This document shows positions 19,362-28,929 of a stretch of 64,000 bases of DNA, one piece after another (position 1 is the stretch's first letter; each line of letters starts with the position of its first letter). The position numbers were made by a program, and so were the translations under genes. The notes under the pieces are model-generated. The model saw only the letters and a list, made by a program, of their open reading frames with translations. It had not been told where the DNA came from and made no database searches. This DNA is from a virus: positions 51,065 through 115,064 of IMG/VR virus record IMGVR_UViG_3300027833_000021; one strand, written 5' to 3'.

Positions 19362-20870
19362 ATGGAATATGTTATCTGGGCATTAATTGGCACTTGTTAT
19401 GGAATGCTAGTTGGTATTATACCTATCGCAGGTGTAACTACCGCTCTGATAACTGTCTTTAGTATGGGAGCATACTTTATGGCCGACCCCTATTTGGGGT
19501 TGGTCTTTTTAACTGCAATCGTGGCAAGTTGTGCGAGTGCAGATAGTTATACAAGTATTCTTACTGGTATTCCAGGCGCAAGTACCACTGCGGCATGTGT
19601 TATTGACGGTTATCCTATGGCAAAGAAAGGTCAAGCGGCGAGGGCAATGGGAATTGCTATTGCAGACTCGACATTTAATGGTGTTGTATTTGCGGCACTG
19701 ACTTTCTTTTTACTTCCTTATTACGGGAAGATTATTGTATTATTTGGACGTCCAGAATTTCTGGGCTTTATGACAATGGCACTAGCCTGCGTAGGCTTTG
19801 TTGCAAGTAAAAATGTTTTCTTAAGTATCTGTGCAATCATATTTGGATTAGCAGTAGGTATGGTAGGAGAAGATGTTGTAAGTAATCCTAGATTGACATT
19901 CGGTTGGGAATATTTACAAAATGGAATTGGCATGGTAGTTCTATTATCAGGCTTATTCGGAGTTCCTGAATTATTAGACGGATTTAGAAAGAAATTAAAA
20001 TCAGCGGCACCACCGTTAGAAGGAAATTATTGGACAGGACTGAAACAAGGTTTTGGTGATGTTCGTAAAAACTGGAAAGATATGATACGTGGTGGACTGA
20101 TTGGCTTCGTTACTGGTTTATTGCCAGGTGTAGGCGGAGCAGTAGGCGACTTCTTGGCATACGGTGCCACGAAAGCCGCACACAAAGATAAAGACCAAGA
20201 AGTTCCATTTGGTGAAGGTAATCCTGTTGGGTTACTGGGTTGTGAAGGTGCCAACAACGCACAGAAAGTATCTAGTATGATACCTGCTTGTTTGTTCGGT
20301 ATTCCAGCGGCACCATTTGCGGCTATGGTTATGGCAATCTGTATGTACTTCGGTATGGAGATTGGCACACCTAGTCTACTAGATGATTTACAGTTCACAA
20401 ATAGTTTAGCATTTGGTTATATATTTGGAACTATCGGTGTAGCACTCTTAAGTATATTCTTATATAAATGGATTCTTAAAATATTAGAAGTTCCTTTTTG
20501 GATATATGCTACATTTATTTTAGCAGTGATTGTTTACGCTAATATGCAATACACAGGTGGTTGGGAAGACTTAGCCTTACTGGCTATCTTAAGTGCTATC
20601 GGTGTTGTATGTAAAACATATAATATTAGTAGACCAGCAATTCTAGTTGCGTATGTTGTAGCATTCAAAATTGATGAATACTTTTGGGGCACACTACAGT
20701 TATATGGTTACAAACAATGGAAACCAGGATTTAGTTCTATGGCAGATTTTAGATGGTTTGATTTATTCAACATTTACAATCACCCTATATTCCTTGTATG
20801 TATTATCATTGCTGTGGGTATATTCATAAATAGTCTGGTAAGAAAAGATAAAGGATTGGACTACACATGA
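19362..20870 (+). CDS. tctA: Tripartite tricarboxylate transporter permease TctA
   Basis: SILTGIPG...DGYPMAKKGQA, GLLPGVGG, EGANNA and GIP motifs; polytopic membrane protein. Confidence 0.9.
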   Translation: MEYVIWALIGTCYGMLVGIIPIAGVTTALITVFSMGAYFMADPYLGLVFLTAIVASCASADSYTSILTGIPGASTTAACVIDGYPMAKKGQAARAMGIAIADSTFNGVVFAALTFFLLPYYGKIIVLFGRPEFLGFMTMALACVGFVASKNVFLSICAIIFGLAVGMVGEDVVSNPRLTFGWEYLQNGIGMVVLLSGLFGVPELLDGFRKKLKSAAPPLEGNYWTGLKQGFGDVRKNWKDMIRGGLIGFVTGLLPGVGGAVGDFLAYGATKAAHKDKDQEVPFGEGNPVGLLGCEGANNAQKVSSMIPACLFGIPAAPFAAMVMAICMYFGMEIGTPSLLDDLQFTNSLAFGYIFGTIGVALLSIFLYKWILKILEVPFWIYATFILAVIVYANMQYTGGWEDLALLAILSAIGVVCKTYNISRPAILVAYVVAFKIDEYFWGTLQLYGYKQWKPGFSSMADFRWFDLFNIYNHPIFLVCIIIAVGIFINSLVRKDKGLDYT

Positions 20871-21604
20871 TACACAACACAGATTGGCATAAGACTTTAG
20901 AAGACCCATCTAAATTCAAATCGAATTGGGATTGGACAGTAGCACACAGTGAATATCATTTTGATGATACTATACAAGACCAAGAAGGTGAATGGTTTAA
21001 AGTATTAGGTCGATTTGAAGGTGATTGGCAAGAAGAAAACGAGAGACTAATTAAAGAATCGAAAAAAGCGATTAATTGGGAAACTCGTAAATTTTCTTAT
21101 AAGAACGAAGTATCACCTATGTTAGAACAAGAAGAGTATGACATCGCTCAAGGCGGTGGAGACCCTAAGAACCTTATGTTGACTAACATGACTGACGATT
21201 TAGCAGACTATCCAGTAATTACTAAAATGAAAGATTCATTTGGTGTACTAGGAGAAGTAGGAGTTAATTTTAAATTTCGCAGTCATGTTCAGTTACCAGG
21301 TCAAATGTTTAATAAACATATTGATAAACTATGGGATATATGTCCAGAAGACCCAGAACAAGTATGTCGTATTACATTCTTTTTAGAAGATTGGAGACCA
21401 GGACAGTTTTATATGTATGGCAATCATATCTATGAAAGATGGAAAGCAGGAGAAGCCCATATATTTGATTGGGCTAACGTACCACACGCAACTGCAAATG
21501 CGAGTAATTATCCAAGACCTGCATTACAAATTACAGGGTTAAAATCTGATTTGACAAGAGAGATTATTGCAAACGGTTCCAGAGATGTTGTCTGGAAGAT
21601 ATAA
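20867..21604 (+). CDS. Cupin/2OG-Fe(II) oxygenase-like protein
   Basis: HID (HxD), a distal PHATAN histidine, and R.ALQITG. Confidence 0.6.
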   Translation: MIHNTDWHKTLEDPSKFKSNWDWTVAHSEYHFDDTIQDQEGEWFKVLGRFEGDWQEENERLIKESKKAINWETRKFSYKNEVSPMLEQEEYDIAQGGGDPKNLMLTNMTDDLADYPVITKMKDSFGVLGEVGVNFKFRSHVQLPGQMFNKHIDKLWDICPEDPEQVCRITFFLEDWRPGQFYMYGNHIYERWKAGEAHIFDWANVPHATANASNYPRPALQITGLKSDLTREIIANGSRDVVWKI

Positions 21605-22246
21605 ATGAACCCCACTTTAACGATTATGACCGGCCCGCAAGGTTCAGGTAATCACTTGTTCAGCAAAGCGTTAGGACAAAATAAGAATATATTTGTCTGG
21701 CCCAGTCTACAAGAAAAGTATTGGGAAGGTCACGATTTAGAACCCTTTGCAGAATACTGGAAAGACCCATCAAAACTAAATGACTTTGATTGGAAACAGA
21801 GTAACTATTTCATTACAAGCATCAGTTGTCCATATTTCGATGATGGTGTAGAAACTATTCCACAATATAATGAGTTCATAGATGAAGCAAAGAAATTTGC
21901 TAACATTCAGTTTCTAATAATTGGTAGAGACAGAAATATTATGAAATTACAACAAGAACGTGTAAGAGGTAAACACACTACACCTGAATTCTTGTCACAA
22001 ATAGATAGTGTAATTTTCAATTATAAAACTATTTTTGCTAGCCAAGAAATGTTATACTTATACGAGTTGACTTACTTACAGTGGTTAGAAAAAGAATTAG
22101 GTTTATACCCAATAGAAATAACACCAGATAATATCAAATTATTAGATATACTATCTAATGATGCAAATGAGAAATATATATCACAAACAAAGTCTGACCT
22201 AGACAAAACAATAAAACTAGCAAGTAGTTATAAAGGCGCTCTATGA
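21605..22246 (+). CDS. P-loop protein, sulfotransferase/kinase-like
   Basis: IMTGPQGSGNHL N-terminal loop and IIGRD strand. Confidence 0.5.
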   Translation: MNPTLTIMTGPQGSGNHLFSKALGQNKNIFVWPSLQEKYWEGHDLEPFAEYWKDPSKLNDFDWKQSNYFITSISCPYFDDGVETIPQYNEFIDEAKKFANIQFLIIGRDRNIMKLQQERVRGKHTTPEFLSQIDSVIFNYKTIFASQEMLYLYELTYLQWLEKELGLYPIEITPDNIKLLDILSNDANEKYISQTKSDLDKTIKLASSYKGAL

Positions 22247-22593
22247 GTTTATTATTCATAAACATTACATATGTAGCATACCGATTACTTGTATCAGCAC
22301 ATATTGTAAAGTTCTTTAACAAGTATATGCCCTATGGGTTTGCAGTATTAATAATGTCGCAGGTTAGTTTTGCATACGACTTTGGATTATTTGCATATTT
22401 ATTTTCAGCACAGTCGTTTCCAAGCATTATGGAAATAGTACAATCAGATATCATGTATACACTACGAGTTGGAATAGCCTGGTGGATAATTAAAATTCTA
22501 TGGGATAGATTAAATAATTATTATCTAGCAGTATTCATTGGAGCAGAAATGACATTCGCAGTAGACTACTTTATATTTGATGGAATGTTTTAA
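22243..22593 (+). CDS. Small polytopic membrane protein
   Basis: 116 aa with about four hydrophobic segments; last gene of the tct operon. Confidence 0.6.
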   Translation: MSLLFINITYVAYRLLVSAHIVKFFNKYMPYGFAVLIMSQVSFAYDFGLFAYLFSAQSFPSIMEIVQSDIMYTLRVGIAWWIIKILWDRLNNYYLAVFIGAEMTFAVDYFIFDGMF

Positions 22594-22677
22594 AATTATA
22601 CTAAATATACCTAGAAACTCTTTACTATTCGTATTCGATGTGTTATAATAAGTGTTTATATTGAAAGAAGGAATCAC

Positions 22678-23391
22678 ATGGCAGTAGGAATAATTTCAGC
22701 AATACCAGAAGAATATTCAAGGTTAGAGTGGGATGCTGAACCAAAGACAGAAATAATTGTAAATAAGATTTTTAAATTTGGTAAGATTAATGGTATAGAT
22801 GTAATTGCCGCAGAGTGTGGAATAGGTAAAGTAAACGCCGCACTAACAACAGGTTTGTTACTAGGTCACTTTGGTTGTGATAGTATAGCATTTAGTGGTG
22901 TTGCTGGTGGTATAAATCCAGAGTTGAAACAAGGTGATATTCTTATTGCTGACGAACTTATTCAACATGACTACGGTGCAATTGTAAATGGTCAGTTAAT
23001 TAGTTCTATTCCTGGTAGTTTTCCAGCATTAGACGATACAGATGATGACATAGCATATCGTATGCCAGAGAGATTAAAAAATGCACTAATTAATGTCATA
23101 GGACTAGAACCAAAGTTTGGTCGTATTCTTACAGGCGATACTTACTTGTCTTGTGAAAGTACAAGAAAAATGTTTCGTGGACAGTTTGGTGCAGATGCAA
23201 TTGAAATGGAAGGCGGTGCAATTGCACAGGTATGTTGTTCATGGCATGTACCATTTGTGGTTGTAAGAGTATTAAGTGATTTGGCTGGTGCTGAATCACA
23301 ATATGAATTTGAGGAGTTTGTAGATGATGCGAGTAAGAAAGCCGCAAGTATCGTAAGTAGAGTTCTCCCAGTATTGGATGTTTGGAAATGA
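22678..23391 (+). CDS. mtnN: 5'-methylthioadenosine/S-adenosylhomocysteine nucleosidase
   Basis: GIISAIPEE, CGIGKVNAA, SGVAGG, QHD, TGD, AIEMEGGAIAQ and RVLSDLA. Confidence 0.93.
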   Translation: MAVGIISAIPEEYSRLEWDAEPKTEIIVNKIFKFGKINGIDVIAAECGIGKVNAALTTGLLLGHFGCDSIAFSGVAGGINPELKQGDILIADELIQHDYGAIVNGQLISSIPGSFPALDDTDDDIAYRMPERLKNALINVIGLEPKFGRILTGDTYLSCESTRKMFRGQFGADAIEMEGGAIAQVCCSWHVPFVVVRVLSDLAGAESQYEFEEFVDDASKKAASIVSRVLPVLDVWK

Positions 23392-23837
23392 TTGAGAACT
23401 TTAGTGATACACCATTTGAAGTAAACGAACAAGAAGTTCTTATCGATGGAGAATTTTACAAGGTATATCCTGACATGTGGCCAGCATGTGAAGGACATCT
23501 ATTATTCGTTCCTAAAATAAATACAATTGAATATATAACGAAGACAATAGGCGAAGTAGTTGCTTACGGAGAAAATTTGGTAAAAACTGGACAAATTGAC
23601 GGATATCATTTTGGTATGAATATGAGAGAACCAGCAGGACAATCAGTTTTGTGGCCTCACGTTCATTTCTTACCAAGACATAAAGATGATGTAGAAGGTT
23701 TTCCTGGTAGTGTCAGATTAGCACACAGAGGACATAGAGGTTCAGAGTATTATGGATTTCATCCAGAATATAAAGATGAGTATCGAAATGTGCATAAACA
23801 TATAAAATGGAATGATGAGGAGACAAGGAATGAATAA
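23388..23837 (+). CDS. HIT-family nucleotide hydrolase
   Basis: GHLLFVPK and AGQSVLWPHVHFLPR (first triad His replaced by W). Confidence 0.8.
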   Translation: MIENFSDTPFEVNEQEVLIDGEFYKVYPDMWPACEGHLLFVPKINTIEYITKTIGEVVAYGENLVKTGQIDGYHFGMNMREPAGQSVLWPHVHFLPRHKDDVEGFPGSVRLAHRGHRGSEYYGFHPEYKDEYRNVHKHIKWNDEETRNE

Positions 23838-25242
23838 ATCATACGAATCAAAATCAGCAATAATTCTTCTTTACGGCTCATCAGAGTATAAGACGTTAGA
23901 TAAGAAACTAAACGGTCAATTAGATACAATGTGCTTGGCAAATAGTGTTGATACTAAAGATAATTTAGAAACTGAAATGACATATCCATCTAAAGTCAAT
24001 ACACGAGCGATATGTGTAGTTAAGACAGACAAACAATCAGATGATGATTGGAGAAACATTGGTGGAAAATATTACAGTAGATATAAAGAACAAGTAGACC
24101 ATGTTTACTTTGATGATGAAATGCCTAAAGAAGTCTATGACGGCGCAATGATGGCAAAATATTCATTTTCAAAATACAAAACTAAAGATAAACCTTCATC
24201 CGCAGAAATTCATGTTGACGATATTGATACGATTGATACATTACATGAAAGTATTTACTTCTCACGTGACTTGGTCTCAGAACCAGGAAATGTTTTATAT
24301 CCAGCAGAGTATGCCAAAAGAATTAATGATACATTATCACCACTAGGTGTCAATGTAAAAATATATCATCAAGCACAACTAGAAGAAATGGGCTTAAGTC
24401 TATTATTGAGTGTTGGTCAAGGTTCAGCAAGAGACAGTTATGTTGTTGTTATGGAACACATGAATGGTAAGGTTGGTAAATCACCAATTGCACTAGTAGG
24501 TAAAGGTGTTACATTTGACACTGGCGGTATCAGTCTTAAACCAGGACGTAACATGGGCGATATGAAATACGACATGGGCGGTAGTGCCGCAGTTGTAGGT
24601 GCTATGCATGCCATCGCAAAAAATAAGTTGAAGCAGAATGTTGTTGGTATTGTAGGGCTTGTTGAGAATATGCCTGATGGTACAGCAATTAAACCTGGTG
24701 ATGTTGTTACATCATTAAGTGGATTAACAGTCGAAAACCTCAACACAGACGCCGAAGGCCGCTTGGTATTAGCAGATATTCTAACTTACATACAAAACGA
24801 ATATAGTCCTTCTTGTATGGTTGACTTAGCAACATTAACTGGTGCTATAGTTGCCACATTAGGAAACGAAATGGCAGGATTATTTACAAACTCTACAGAT
24901 TGGTCTAATCATATCATGGATGCTGGTAAACAATCAGGTGAAGGTTTCTTCCGTATGCCAATGGGCGAAAACTGGAATAAAATGACAGATAGTAAGATTG
25001 CTGATATGCAGAATATAGGTGGACCATATGGTGGTTCAACAACAGCCGCTGAATTTTTATACAGATTTGTTGACCCAACAATACCTTGGGCGCACTTAGA
25101 CATTGCTGGTATGGCTTGGAATCGTTCAGACAAAGATACTTGTCCCGTTGGTGCAGTTGGCTTTGGTGTAAAGACACTTTTTAATCTAGTTAAAGAAAAT
25201 AAACCATGTGAAATGGCTATAGATGAAGACATGAAGTACTAA
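23830..25242 (+). CDS. pepA: Leucyl aminopeptidase (M17)
   Basis: VGKGVTFDTGG, MKYDMGG, NTDAEGRL and WAHLDIAG. Confidence 0.95.
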   Translation: MNKSYESKSAIILLYGSSEYKTLDKKLNGQLDTMCLANSVDTKDNLETEMTYPSKVNTRAICVVKTDKQSDDDWRNIGGKYYSRYKEQVDHVYFDDEMPKEVYDGAMMAKYSFSKYKTKDKPSSAEIHVDDIDTIDTLHESIYFSRDLVSEPGNVLYPAEYAKRINDTLSPLGVNVKIYHQAQLEEMGLSLLLSVGQGSARDSYVVVMEHMNGKVGKSPIALVGKGVTFDTGGISLKPGRNMGDMKYDMGGSAAVVGAMHAIAKNKLKQNVVGIVGLVENMPDGTAIKPGDVVTSLSGLTVENLNTDAEGRLVLADILTYIQNEYSPSCMVDLATLTGAIVATLGNEMAGLFTNSTDWSNHIMDAGKQSGEGFFRMPMGENWNKMTDSKIADMQNIGGPYGGSTTAAEFLYRFVDPTIPWAHLDIAGMAWNRSDKDTCPVGAVGFGVKTLFNLVKENKPCEMAIDEDMKY

Positions 25243-25246
25243 ATTG

Positions 25247-25254
25247 TATAAATA
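25247..25254 (+). promoter_or_regulatory. T4-late promoter consensus TATAAATA
   Basis: Exact consensus in the gap before the lipase gene. Confidence 0.65.
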
Positions 25255-25286
25255 CGAATATAATATTATTCGTAAGGAAATACAAT

Positions 25287-26276
25287 ATGTCATTCATTAT
25301 AGCGTTCACACTTAGGTGGTTAATCAAAGGGTGGCTATTAGCCAAACTCGCAGTAGTTGTCAGACGGTCAATAGTAAGAAAGTACAACTTAGAAAAGAAC
25401 TTCAAACAAACTCAATCAAACGAGAAAATCAGATGGGCAGACTTGAGATGGTATGCCGATTTGGCGGCAAATGTATATAGTTCTAAAGATAAAATACATG
25501 CTATCTATGATAAAGACTTTTCAGTTTATATTAATGAAATAAACGAAATACAGTATATTGTACTAACTGATAAAACCACAAAGAACAACTATGTGTCAAT
25601 AAGAGGTACATCTAATTCACACAACGCAATGCAAGATATCAATTTCTTTAAAGATAAAAGTAAGCGATTAGGCATTCAAATTCACACAGGATTTCATAGA
25701 ACAGCAGAAATGATTGCTGATGATTTATTATCCAGACTTAACGAGAAATATGCAGTTACAGTTACTGGACATAGTCTTGGTGGTGCCGCGGCTCTTGTTA
25801 CTTCTTGGTATCTCGACCATGCAAATTTCAATGTGAAAGAATGTATCACTTTCGGTCAGCCTAAAGTTACAGACTCACACGGCAATAGAGTAATGCGTGA
25901 CAGAGTTAAACTAACCCGTGTTGTGAATGAAACAGATGTTGTGCCTTTAGTGCCACCTACAGGTACACACAGACACAGATATGCTCATATTGGGACACTA
26001 GTGAAGTTACTAGACAATGGCAAATATTGCCACTTACAAGAACCAGATAGTTTGAACTTCGGTGTAAATAGTTTTTGGTTATTTGCAGCCAGAGAAAGTT
26101 TCTCTTTCTATGAAATTGGTAAAGAATTACCAGACCACTTTATGACTAGTTACATTGATAACATGAAAATGTGTTCAAGTACTGAAGAAGGTCAAGAAGT
26201 ATTGTGGAAAGATAGACTACAATACATCGCTGATGAAGGTATGCTTGGTGAATTTGGCAAGAAAAAAGACAAATGA
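25287..26276 (+). CDS. Class 3 lipase
   Basis: SIRGT, IHTGF, TGHSLGG nucleophile elbow, TFGQPKV and DVVPLVP. Confidence 0.9.
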   Translation: MSFIIAFTLRWLIKGWLLAKLAVVVRRSIVRKYNLEKNFKQTQSNEKIRWADLRWYADLAANVYSSKDKIHAIYDKDFSVYINEINEIQYIVLTDKTTKNNYVSIRGTSNSHNAMQDINFFKDKSKRLGIQIHTGFHRTAEMIADDLLSRLNEKYAVTVTGHSLGGAAALVTSWYLDHANFNVKECITFGQPKVTDSHGNRVMRDRVKLTRVVNETDVVPLVPPTGTHRHRYAHIGTLVKLLDNGKYCHLQEPDSLNFGVNSFWLFAARESFSFYEIGKELPDHFMTSYIDNMKMCSSTEEGQEVLWKDRLQYIADEGMLGEFGKKKDK

Positions 26277-26470
26277 AAATAAAAGACATATTACAACTAC
26301 CTAACATAGAAATCGGTGACGAGATACTAGTAGGTAAGTTTAAGAATCGTAAAGCAACAGTAACGGGCTTTGACATAGACGACAACAATCAGCCAGTCCT
26401 AAAAACAACCAAGGGTGACCAGAAGTTATTCAAACCTAGACTAGTTAAATTAATGAATAAGGAGAAGTAA
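26273..26470 (+). CDS. Small hypothetical phage protein
   Basis: 65-aa ORF with MKIKDIL N-terminus. Confidence 0.6.
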   Translation: MKIKDILQLPNIEIGDEILVGKFKNRKATVTGFDIDDNNQPVLKTTKGDQKLFKPRLVKLMNKEK

Positions 26471-26471
26471 A

Positions 26472-26927
26472 ATGGCAGAGCAACAACATATTCAAGACCC
26501 ATTTTTATACAGATGCGTAATACAGAGAATAGTAGATGGAGATACAGTAGATATCGATATCGATTTAGGATTTGGTATTTGGTTACGCAAAGAAAGAGTT
26601 CGTGTAGCAGGCATTGATACACCTGAAAAGAGAACTAGAGACAAAATTGAAAAAATGTTTGGATTGGCAGCCACTGCTAAAGCACATACATTGATTCCAG
26701 AAGGTTCAGAATGTATAGTTAGAACTCGCAGAGATAAAGCCGGTAAGTATGGTAGAACTATGGGTGACTTTGTAATGACTGATGGCAGATTGTATACAGA
26801 AGTTATGGTTGAAACTCATCACGCAGTTCCTTATGAAGGACAAGCAAAAGCAGATGTTGAAGCCGCTCACTTAGTAAATAGAGAAATCTTGTGGGAGAGT
26901 GGAGAAGTTGAACGCCTTGGGCTCTAA
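26472..26927 (+). CDS. Thermonuclease (SNase)-family nuclease
   Basis: IVDGDTV, RVAGIDTPE and KYGR motifs. Confidence 0.9.
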   Translation: MAEQQHIQDPFLYRCVIQRIVDGDTVDIDIDLGFGIWLRKERVRVAGIDTPEKRTRDKIEKMFGLAATAKAHTLIPEGSECIVRTRRDKAGKYGRTMGDFVMTDGRLYTEVMVETHHAVPYEGQAKADVEAAHLVNREILWESGEVERLGL

Positions 26928-27627
26928 GATTGCCTTTGTAGGCGATAGTTTTTGTTCAGAATTTCCAGAGTTAGAATTCTGGACTTCTAGGACATCAGAT
27001 ATGATTTCTGACTATCCCGCATGGACTACAATGCTCTTAGAAGAATACAATGCCACTGCTATTCAAAAAGGTATTAGAGGAGATTGTTTATTTCATGCAT
27101 TTCAGAAATTACTTGAAGTCATAGATGATGCAGACTATATAATAATCTGTGTAACTGAACCGCGAAGATTAGCAAACTCTAGTAAAATTCCCATGACTAT
27201 TACTATCGCTGAAGACCCAGAATCTCGTTATTTCATCAGCAAAGAAGTCACATCCTCATCTCTAATGTATTATAAGAATCTTATGAACTACGATTTTCAT
27301 AGAGTAGCACAACGAGGAATTATAACACAGATGGACCAATTGTTATTAAAAAAGAAGAAAAAATGTATATGGTTTCCTTGTTTCTACAATTCAACATCAA
27401 GTGACGTACTAGAAAAGCCAGGTGACATATTACAAGAAGACTATCAAATTACAAGCGGACCATATGGTACAAAACCTCTGTATGAGTTTGCAGAACTTCA
27501 CACTCCTATGATACCACATAGTAATCATTTTTCGAAAGAACAGAACGAAAATATGTTTAAACTTATAAAAGATATAATAGATACGGATGCATTCTTGCCA
27601 AGAGAACTAAATATGAGTGTAATATAA
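26899..27627 (+). CDS. SGNH-like hypothetical protein
   Basis: FVGDSF and C-terminal NHFS; similar in type to 8198..9121. Start uncertain. Confidence 0.55.
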   Translation: MEKLNALGSKIAFVGDSFCSEFPELEFWTSRTSDMISDYPAWTTMLLEEYNATAIQKGIRGDCLFHAFQKLLEVIDDADYIIICVTEPRRLANSSKIPMTITIAEDPESRYFISKEVTSSSLMYYKNLMNYDFHRVAQRGIITQMDQLLLKKKKKCIWFPCFYNSTSSDVLEKPGDILQEDYQITSGPYGTKPLYEFAELHTPMIPHSNHFSKEQNENMFKLIKDIIDTDAFLPRELNMSVI

Positions 27628-28916
27628 TGAGTGAAACTGAACCAATGAAACAAAAAGAAATCATATCTAAGACATATTGTCCACTTCCGTTTAATCACTT
27701 ATACGTACATCCCACTAATATGGCAAGTGTATGTTGTATATATCGTAAAACTACAGAGAAAATGAGTCTACCTAATATCAAAGATTATAAAAATCTAGGT
27801 GACCACTTACATCATCCATTCATAAAAGACATACAACAAAAGATGTTGAAAGGCGAGAAAGTCGATGGGTGTGCTACTTGTTATCATGCAGAAGAACATG
27901 GCTTTCAAAGTTTCCGAGAGAGAGAAATACAAACTTGGCATGTTGAAACTGGCCGTGACTTCACTCCGCCAGACTTAAACAATCCAAAACTAGAATACAT
28001 GGAAATGACATTTGGCAACTATTGCAATCTAGCGTGTAGAACGTGTGACAGTAACCTAAGTCACAGTTGGATAGATGACGAAGAAGAACTTGTAAAACGT
28101 GGACTACTTAATGCACTACACAACGCATCCCCTACATCAATGCCATTATTGCAGTCAAAAAGAATTAACATTGAAAAAGAATGGCATTCAGATGATTTCA
28201 AAGATTTACAATACATAAAGATAACTGGTGGTGAACCAATGTTACATCCTGACTTTCCTAAATTTATGGCACAGTTAGAACAAGAAAACGTTCATTGTTT
28301 CATATTTACTAATGCAAGTTGGGTACCTAAACAAAGAATATTTGACATGATAAAGAACTTTAAATTTCTTCAGGTGTTTATGAGCGTAGACGGCACGGGC
28401 GATGTACAAGAATACATGAGGCATAATGCTAAGTGGAAAACTACAGACAAATCAGTAAGAGCATGGATGCAATTTGCATCCTCTTCAAGTAATGTTCAGA
28501 TAGCGTGGGCACCAACATGGTCACTAATGAATGCACCTTATTTTGTAGAAACATGTAATTGGTGGTTAGGACTAACAGAAGAAATTAAACAGCCAACTAG
28601 TTGGGGATGTCTTAAGACAAATTTCGTATATGGTCCATCAATTTATCAAATGAGTTTATTGCCAAATGAGGCAAAAGAAAAACTAAAAATACAAGCATTA
28701 GAGTATATTGAAGAATTAAAAAATAAAGATATCGATGGTAAAGAACATATAATTGAGATGTCAGAAGCATATATAAGCAACTTTGATAATGATAATAAAA
28801 AAAGTGACTTAGAAGACTATCACAAAATGACAGATGCATTAGATGAAATGCGTGGACAATCCACAGAGAAGATGTTACCACTAACTTATGAAGCAATGCA
28901 CAATCGCAACAAATAG
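27627..28916 (+). CDS. Radical SAM protein with N-terminal twitch/SPASM domain
   Basis: CPLPF...VCC...CATC, CNLACRTC and TGGEPMLH. Confidence 0.9.
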   Translation: MSETEPMKQKEIISKTYCPLPFNHLYVHPTNMASVCCIYRKTTEKMSLPNIKDYKNLGDHLHHPFIKDIQQKMLKGEKVDGCATCYHAEEHGFQSFREREIQTWHVETGRDFTPPDLNNPKLEYMEMTFGNYCNLACRTCDSNLSHSWIDDEEELVKRGLLNALHNASPTSMPLLQSKRINIEKEWHSDDFKDLQYIKITGGEPMLHPDFPKFMAQLEQENVHCFIFTNASWVPKQRIFDMIKNFKFLQVFMSVDGTGDVQEYMRHNAKWKTTDKSVRAWMQFASSSSNVQIAWAPTWSLMNAPYFVETCNWWLGLTEEIKQPTSWGCLKTNFVYGPSIYQMSLLPNEAKEKLKIQALEYIEELKNKDIDGKEHIIEMSEAYISNFDNDNKKSDLEDYHKMTDALDEMRGQSTEKMLPLTYEAMHNRNK

Positions 28917-28929
28917 ATGGGAGTAATAT

